From: an uncultured Salinisphaerales bacterium
Lineage (GTDB): Bacteria > Pseudomonadota > Gammaproteobacteria > Nevskiales > CAJXLF01
Assembly: GCA_913055805.1 (NCBI GenBank)
Contig: CAJXLF010000001.1
Span: 146,761-210,760, forward strand
DNA length: 64,000 nt
Direction of reading: 5' to 3'
Positions 58,405 through 64,000 of this stretch are shown here, in pieces; position 1 is the stretch's first letter; the number at the start of each line of letters is the position of its first letter. A program made the translations under genes and the position numbers. A model generated the notes under the pieces. The model saw nothing but the letters and a program-made list of their open reading frames with translations, was not told the DNA's origin and did not search any database.

Positions 58405-60204
58405 CTACCAGCTATAACGCATAAACACGCTGAAGAAGTCCCGGTCCGCGATCAAATTGAAAGGTTCGCCACCTGAATAGCGGGTGTAGGAAAGGCCGCC
58501 TTCCCAGGACAGATAGCGGATATTCAGGGTGCTGCTCAGTTGTTTGCGGTCCTCGACAAAGTTGAGTATCGGCGTCGGGCTGGTGCCATGAACGTCATGC
58601 GCAAACATGAAGCTGGGTTCCACCGTGAAGCGGTTGAAGACGTTGTTGTAGTCGAGGCGTACGCCGACCCGGTAGCCCCAGGAAGTGGCATCTGCGTAAC
58701 CGCCATCCTGTACGGGTACGCCAACCGCGGCCGCCACCACCGGATTACCGGGCAGGTAGGTGCCGGGACCTTCCAGTCGCAGGTCGTCTTCGGAAGGCAT
58801 GGAATGCACCTGCATGGCGCCGACTTCGATCAGCAATATCATCTGGTCGCTGCGGATGGCTTCAATCGGCCCAAAGATGCGAATGGTCGAGATATCGATC
58901 TGGCTGACATCAAAACGTTCCCAGCCCTGAATGAATTCGCCCGCGCCTGGTGAGCCCACCTGGCTGGGGAAGCCCGCGCGCAGGCCGGCCAGGAACAGTT
59001 CTACATCGTCAATCTGTAATGGTTGGTCCTTCTTGTAGCTGTATTCGCCCTGCAGCGACCAGTCGCCCACCACGGTATTGAAACTCAGGCCGTAGATCTG
59101 AATGTCTTCCGGGTACTCGATGCTGTAACGGCCACTGGGCGCCACACCGGGTACGAGTACCGCGTTGCCGCTGCTCAGGGGCAGGCGGCTGTGGTAGTTG
59201 GCGGCATAGATGCCCAGATCCATTTCATTCAGTTCAGGCAGGAAGATATGCATGGCCACACCATACTGGCCACCATCATCGGGTTCGATGTCCGGGCCAC
59301 GCGGAATGGCGCTGCCACCAGGTGCAAAGGTGCAAACCCCCGCTGCCGAATTTTCGCGGCAACGTCCGAACCCGATCTCGGCAGCGTTGCCGCCTATGCC
59401 GGCAAAGTCATTGCTGGCCCAATAGGTGCCGGAGGCGTCGATGACCGTCTTTTCCCATTCCCATTGATAGAAGGCTTCGACGTTAATGGTGTCGCTGAGG
59501 TCGAAGTTCAGCACCGTCATGGCAGCCGGTTCGTAGAGTTCCTCCAGTTCGAAGCCGGGTGCATGCAGGCGATTTACGTTGGCGGAAATAATGCTGTTGA
59601 GGCCGTTGGGAATGAACAGGCTCTCGCCCCAGTTCAACACCTGGCGGCCGATCTTGTAGCCAATGGAGTTGCCGGCCAGGTCGAAGTCGCCGTGTATATA
59701 GGCATCCAGTAAGTCCAGATTGTTGCCGATTTCATCGCGTACATCATTGCGCTTGTCACTGAGGTTGTCACCATTCTGGGTAAAGAAGGGGGCACCCTGA
59801 TAGTTCTCGCTATTGAAGAACTGCTTGTCTTCGTTGATGTGGTCATAGCGATACGTGCCACGGATAAACAGACCTACGGAACGGTAGTTCACGGAAACAT
59901 CAGCCGTGTATTTCATTCCGGCATTAATCGGATCGCCACCTGAGTAGGCCAGGTTGCCGTCATCGCCATTTGTTGAGTAGGCACGCCCGCCGTTGGAGAT
60001 ACCGATCAGGTCGCCATCGCGGCCTTCTGCACGCCAGGCGGCGCCGAGGCTGATGGAAGAATCCCAGACCAGATTGATCTCGTCCCATTGGTATTCAAGG
60101 GCCTGTCCTGTGACGGGTGCAAGGGATGCCGCACCCAGACAACTTGCCAGAACCCATCTCGCACCTGGGCCACGCAGGGCCTTTTTCGATAGCCGACTCT
60201 TCAT
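58405..60204 (-). CDS. DUF1302 family outer-membrane beta-barrel protein
   Basis: Signal peptide, N-terminal WDSSISLGAAWR pattern, alternating beta-strand composition, C-terminal aromatic residue (MRYSW). ATG 60204 is preceded by GGAGGAG. Confidence 0.8.
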   Translation of the reverse strand: MKSRLSKKALRGPGARWVLASCLGAASLAPVTGQALEYQWDEINLVWDSSISLGAAWRAEGRDGDLIGISNGGRAYSTNGDDGNLAYSGGDPINAGMKYTADVSVNYRSVGLFIRGTYRYDHINEDKQFFNSENYQGAPFFTQNGDNLSDKRNDVRDEIGNNLDLLDAYIHGDFDLAGNSIGYKIGRQVLNWGESLFIPNGLNSIISANVNRLHAPGFELEELYEPAAMTVLNFDLSDTINVEAFYQWEWEKTVIDASGTYWASNDFAGIGGNAAEIGFGRCRENSAAGVCTFAPGGSAIPRGPDIEPDDGGQYGVAMHIFLPELNEMDLGIYAANYHSRLPLSSGNAVLVPGVAPSGRYSIEYPEDIQIYGLSFNTVVGDWSLQGEYSYKKDQPLQIDDVELFLAGLRAGFPSQVGSPGAGEFIQGWERFDVSQIDISTIRIFGPIEAIRSDQMILLIEVGAMQVHSMPSEDDLRLEGPGTYLPGNPVVAAAVGVPVQDGGYADATSWGYRVGVRLDYNNVFNRFTVEPSFMFAHDVHGTSPTPILNFVEDRKQLSSTLNIRYLSWEGGLSYTRYSGGEPFNLIADRDFFSVFMRYSW

Positions 60205-60322
60205 TCTTGTTGCTCCTCCGTGAACGACGCCTCTAAATGCGTTTATTGACAAGTGTAGCTGCATCGACTACTAATTGTAAGCAGAGTATTTTTTTATTTA
60301 TGTACTTGATTTAACTAACATT

Positions 60323-60342
60323 TTGTAGGCCTTTTCCTACAA
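60323..60342. promoter_or_regulatory. perfect inverted repeat TTGTAGG-N6-CCTACAA in the divergent promoter region
   Basis: TTGTAGG (60323-60329), CCTTTT, CCTACAA (60336-60342). Lies in the AT-rich spacer between the DUF1302 gene and the lipase lipoprotein gene. Confidence 0.4.
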
Positions 60343-60403
60343 GGGAACAAGGTCATTTGCCACAAGGAAAGGCGCTGCCGCGCCATGTGCGAGGAGCAAT
60401 GTC

Positions 60404-62686
60404 ATGGAAAGAGTTAACGTGGCGCGAGCACGCCGGGCACTGCTGGCCATCTGTCTCGGTAGTCTGGTTACTGCCTGTGGCGGCGGAGGTGGAGATGATC
60501 AGGAAAACCTCAACACCGGCAATACCAACATTGCACCCGTCACGCTTTTCGATCCGGTTGCCGCCAGTGCTGTAGTGCCTTTTCCCATCGACCTGTTCTT
60601 TGTCGATGCTTCCAGTCCCAGTGGTTTTTCCACCGATACCACACTGAATATTCCCAATAGCGGTGAGGTGCCGTTCGTCACCCAGGCCAACCTGCAGGAC
60701 GGCTTCTCGACCGTGGCCGAGGCCTTCATGGATATCCTGGGCCTGAACATCGATCTCGATACCGCCAATGCCGGAGGCGCACCGGCCGCGCGAGGCGTGA
60801 TTGTGGTCAATACAACGAGCGGTGCCCTGCTCAATCCGGGCGTGGATTATCAGGTCAGTCGCTCGGCGGTGATTCCAACCCGCACCCGTTTATATATCCA
60901 GTGGCTCAAGCCACTGGCACCGCGCAGTACCTATGCCGTAGTGGTGACTGACAACTTGGCAACGACCGATGGTGTACCCGTCGATGCTGCGGTGATTTTC
61001 CAGGCAGTACGTAGCAGTGATGCGATCGGTAGTGAGGGAAACCCCGTCCCTCCGGTCACGCCGACACTGACGCAGGCGCAGATTGCCCAACTCGAACAGA
61101 TCCGGGGTTTTATGCAGCCGTTGTTCGGCCTGGCCGAGAATAATCTGGGAATTGAACGGGAGCACATCATTCTAGCCTGGCCGTTCACTACGCAGGCCAT
61201 CGGTGACAGCCTGGCTGCGCTGAATGCTGCTGCTAGCCCCCAGGCACTGGGGATATCCCCGAGCGGTTTAAGTACCGGAGACTTGGGTATCGGCCTGCCG
61301 GATACCGCAGACATCTATGTTGGCACCATGAGTTTGCCGTATTACCTGCAGCGGGCCGCAGCCAGTAATGACCCCACTCCGCTCGGCAGTTTCTGGCTTT
61401 CAGATGGCGCTGCTGCTTCGGGCAATAGCCACCTGCCGCAGACACCGCCCTGTGCAGCGTTTGCTGAAACGCCGAGTGTCAGTACTACCGCCTGTTTCCC
61501 GACGCCGGTGGCGCAGAGCACCCAGACGGTGCCGGTAGTGGCGCTGGTGCCGAATGCCAACAGCGCCTGCTTTGAAGTGCCATCTGGTGGTTACCCGGTA
61601 ACCATATATATCCACGGCATTACCCGCAGCCGGGCAGATGCCTTGATCGTCGGCCCGGCCCTGGCCAATGCCTGCCAGGTGACCATCGCCATTGATCTGC
61701 CCCTGCATGGCATCACGCCGCAGTCACCGTTCGCCACATTGCGGCTACCCGGTATCGGTGAGCGTACCTTTGACGTGGACTACGCTCCGACTCAGGACGA
61801 CGGCGCAGGCAATTGCTCACAGGCGACGGCGGACCCCTTCAACCTTGCCCCCGATGGCGTGGTAGATTGTTCGGGCGGGCATTTCATCAATCTGGGCAGT
61901 GTCATTACCTCGCGGGATAATCTGCGCCAGGGTGTGATCGACAATATTCATCTGCTCAAATCCGTTCAGGCCATCGATCTTGTGGTGGTTGATGGCACTG
62001 GGACACAGGTGGGCAGTATCGATACCAACACGGCGGTGACCAATCTGCTCGGTCATTCATTGGGCGGCATTATCGGCACCACACTGATGGGCGTGAACGA
62101 CGAAGGCACGGCCGCCAGTCTGGCAATGGCCGGTGGGGGTGTGGCCAAGATTCTGGACGGCTCCGAGACCTTCGGTCCGGCCATCGCGGCTGGCCTGGCG
62201 GGTAATGGCGTGGTGGAAGGCACAGATAACTACGAAACCTTCCTGCGCTTTGCCCAGACGCTGGTCGACAGCGCCGACCCGATCAACTATGCCGCTACTG
62301 CCGGCGCCAACTATCCCATCCATTTTATGGAAGTGGTCGGTGAGGAGGGCGTCAGCCTGCCGGACCAGGTGGTGCCCAATAATGTGCCGGTGAGCAACTC
62401 GGGTTCCATTGTGGTGACGGCCGGACCGCTGGGCGGCACCGATCCGCTGGTCGAGGTGGTGATGGAGTTGATGCCGGTAGAGGATGTGAACCCCGAAGCG
62501 GCGTCACCTGCCTGTACGGCGGGGCCTGATACGGTGGTAAAATTCCTGCGTGGCGGACATGGCTCCATCCTGGACCCTTCCATCTCCGCGGCCACCACGG
62601 TGGAAATGCAGACCCAGGTGGCCAGCTTCCTCGGCAGTGGCGGCGCCGGCTTCCCGGTTAATGGCGGGGGCGCGGCTTGCCCCTAG
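60404..62686 (+). CDS. extracellular lipase lipoprotein (bacterial virulence-factor lipase family, VolA-like)
   Basis: Lipobox LVTAC followed by a Gly-rich linker, a long N-terminal domain, and the alpha/beta-hydrolase nucleophile elbow GHSLGG. Confidence 0.7.
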   Translation: MERVNVARARRALLAICLGSLVTACGGGGGDDQENLNTGNTNIAPVTLFDPVAASAVVPFPIDLFFVDASSPSGFSTDTTLNIPNSGEVPFVTQANLQDGFSTVAEAFMDILGLNIDLDTANAGGAPAARGVIVVNTTSGALLNPGVDYQVSRSAVIPTRTRLYIQWLKPLAPRSTYAVVVTDNLATTDGVPVDAAVIFQAVRSSDAIGSEGNPVPPVTPTLTQAQIAQLEQIRGFMQPLFGLAENNLGIEREHIILAWPFTTQAIGDSLAALNAAASPQALGISPSGLSTGDLGIGLPDTADIYVGTMSLPYYLQRAAASNDPTPLGSFWLSDGAAASGNSHLPQTPPCAAFAETPSVSTTACFPTPVAQSTQTVPVVALVPNANSACFEVPSGGYPVTIYIHGITRSRADALIVGPALANACQVTIAIDLPLHGITPQSPFATLRLPGIGERTFDVDYAPTQDDGAGNCSQATADPFNLAPDGVVDCSGGHFINLGSVITSRDNLRQGVIDNIHLLKSVQAIDLVVVDGTGTQVGSIDTNTAVTNLLGHSLGGIIGTTLMGVNDEGTAASLAMAGGGVAKILDGSETFGPAIAAGLAGNGVVEGTDNYETFLRFAQTLVDSADPINYAATAGANYPIHFMEVVGEEGVSLPDQVVPNNVPVSNSGSIVVTAGPLGGTDPLVEVVMELMPVEDVNPEAASPACTAGPDTVVKFLRGGHGSILDPSISAATTVEMQTQVASFLGSGGAGFPVNGGGAACP

Positions 62687-64000
62687 ACTTCGGTCGTTTC
62701 CGAGGTCTTCTTTTTGGCCGCCGTGCTGCGCTTGCGAGCGGCGGGCTTTTTCGCGGTGCTCTTCTTCGCGGCAGGTTTGTTCGCAGCAGGCTTGCGTGCC
62801 GCGGCGCGCGGTTTGCTGGCGCCTGCCGCCATCATGTCAGCCGGATCGAAATCGTCCACCTTGATGATGTCGATAATCAATTGATAGGTCTCACGCAGGA
62901 AAGCGGCTTCCTGGCTGTCGATAAGGCCAGCGGCGAGCGCTTCTTCGATGCGTTCGGCTGGGTGATCGGTGCCAATCCTGCCTGCTTTCACGGCTTCCAG
63001 AATTTTCTTCTCCAGCGGTTTGGCCTCCAGTACCTGGCGCATGGCCTGCTCCAGCTTGGCCACTGAGGTGTCTGAAGGATTGTTGGTGAAGACAAATTCG
63101 GCCAGGCGGTCGCGTAGCCCGCTGGGTTCCTGCAGGGCATTGGAAACCTGTACGCCGATTTCATCGCGCGGCGGTTTGGCCCAGCGGCCCAGCGGGAAAA
63201 TGAGCGCACGCATCTTCAGGCGTACCAGCGCGTAGGGCAGGTGGCGGATGATGCCGTCCAGCGCATTCTCGATCTTGTGAAAACAGTCCTCGGCGACCCA
63301 GCGCAGCACCGGCAGGTCATCCGCCGGCCGGCCGTCGGTCTCGAAGCGCTTGAGAGCGGCGCTAACGATATACATATTGGCCAGCACGTCACCCAGCCGG
63401 GCGGAAATACTTTCACGGAACTTCAGTTCGCCCCCCAGCACCGCCATGCAGACATCCGACAGTACCGCGAGATCGGCGCTGTAACGATTCAGTTTCTGAT
63501 AACAGCGCCGCGCCGGGTGCGCCTGCGGCGCCTGCGAACCCCGGCCCTGGGTTATGCCCAGGACAAAGGCGCGGGAGGCGCTGCTCAGGACGTGGCCGAT
63601 ATGACCCCAGAAAGCCGCATCAAATTCCTGCAAGCCGCGCTTCTTATCCGGGTCATGTGCCGCTTCCATTTCCTTGAGTACATAAGGATGGCAGCGGATG
63701 GCGCCCTGGCCGAAGATGATCATGCTACGAGTGAGGATGTTGGCACCTTCCACGGTGATGCCGATCGGCGCGCCCTGATAGCCACGCGCCAGATAGTTGT
63801 TCGGTCCGAGCATCACGCCCTTGCCGCCGTGGATGTCCATGGCGTCAATGGAGACTTTCTGCGCCATATCCGTGCAGTGGTATTTGGCAATGGCCGAGGG
63901 CACGGACGGTTTCTCACCCAGGTCCACGGCGTTGGCGGTAAAGCGCCGCACCGCCTCACCGGCGTAGGCGTAAGCTCCGATGCGCGCCAGCGCTTCCTGA
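62683..64000 (-). CDS. fadE: acyl-CoA dehydrogenase FadE (C-terminal part; continues beyond the window)
   Basis: AIAKYHCTD...DIHGGKGVMLGPNNYLARGYQGAPIGITVEGANILTRSMIIFGQGAIRCHPYVLKEMEAA closely follows E. coli FadE. The frame stays open to position 64000. Lys/Ala/Pro-rich C-terminal tail. Confidence 0.85.
   Translation of the reverse strand, partial: QEALARIGAYAYAGEAVRRFTANAVDLGEKPSVPSAIAKYHCTDMAQKVSIDAMDIHGGKGVMLGPNNYLARGYQGAPIGITVEGANILTRSMIIFGQGAIRCHPYVLKEMEAAHDPDKKRGLQEFDAAFWGHIGHVLSSASRAFVLGITQGRGSQAPQAHPARRCYQKLNRYSADLAVLSDVCMAVLGGELKFRESISARLGDVLANMYIVSAALKRFETDGRPADDLPVLRWVAEDCFHKIENALDGIIRHLPYALVRLKMRALIFPLGRWAKPPRDEIGVQVSNALQEPSGLRDRLAEFVFTNNPSDTSVAKLEQAMRQVLEAKPLEKKILEAVKAGRIGTDHPAERIEEALAAGLIDSQEAAFLRETYQLIIDIIKVDDFDPADMMAAGASKPRAAARKPAANKPAAKKSTAKKPAARKRSTAAKKKTSETTEV

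Overview
High-G+C gammaproteobacterial chromosomal segment. Gene order resembles Pseudomonas/Alcanivorax-type genomes, but the organism cannot be determined from this window. It is mostly core housekeeping. The housekeeping genes are: bioC'-bioD; a complete aa3-type cytochrome c oxidase and assembly cluster (coxB, coxA, ctaG, coxC, SURF1, SCO-like, ctaA, cyoE); tetR; rpoH-ftsXEY; hemL-thiED; cpdA; a SAM-cycle cluster (metK-ahcY-metF); and tkt-gap-pgk. The lipid/ketone catabolism genes are: a 7-gene BVMO/hydrolase/MerR/DUF1329 operon; an acyl-CoA dehydrogenase; a CocE/NonD-like hydrolase; a DUF1302 porin-like protein divergent from a lipase lipoprotein; and fadE. I saw no rRNA, tRNA or CRISPR array.

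The most interesting items are these:
(1) A 2164-bp IS1595-family element with 24/26-matching terminal inverted repeats and a perfect 8-bp target duplication. It sits in the bidirectional terminator between tetR and rpoH. Its transposase is translationally coupled to a Panacea/DUF4065 antitoxin-like gene and a 2-TM small protein, a candidate toxin-antitoxin passenger.
(2) A family of 28-bp arms, each built from three 9-bp CACAGATTW units. The arms form long inverted repeats that fill the metK-ahcY and ahcY-metF intercistronic gaps, plus a solo arm at the HIT gene start. Their mismatches become G:U pairs only in the sense transcript.
(3) A 93-bp duplicate of the metF 3' end that differs from the real copy only by synonymous changes.
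(4) A DnaA-box cluster beside a 20% G+C stretch upstream of thiD.

Many long antisense ORFs in the track are shadows typical of high G+C and were rejected.
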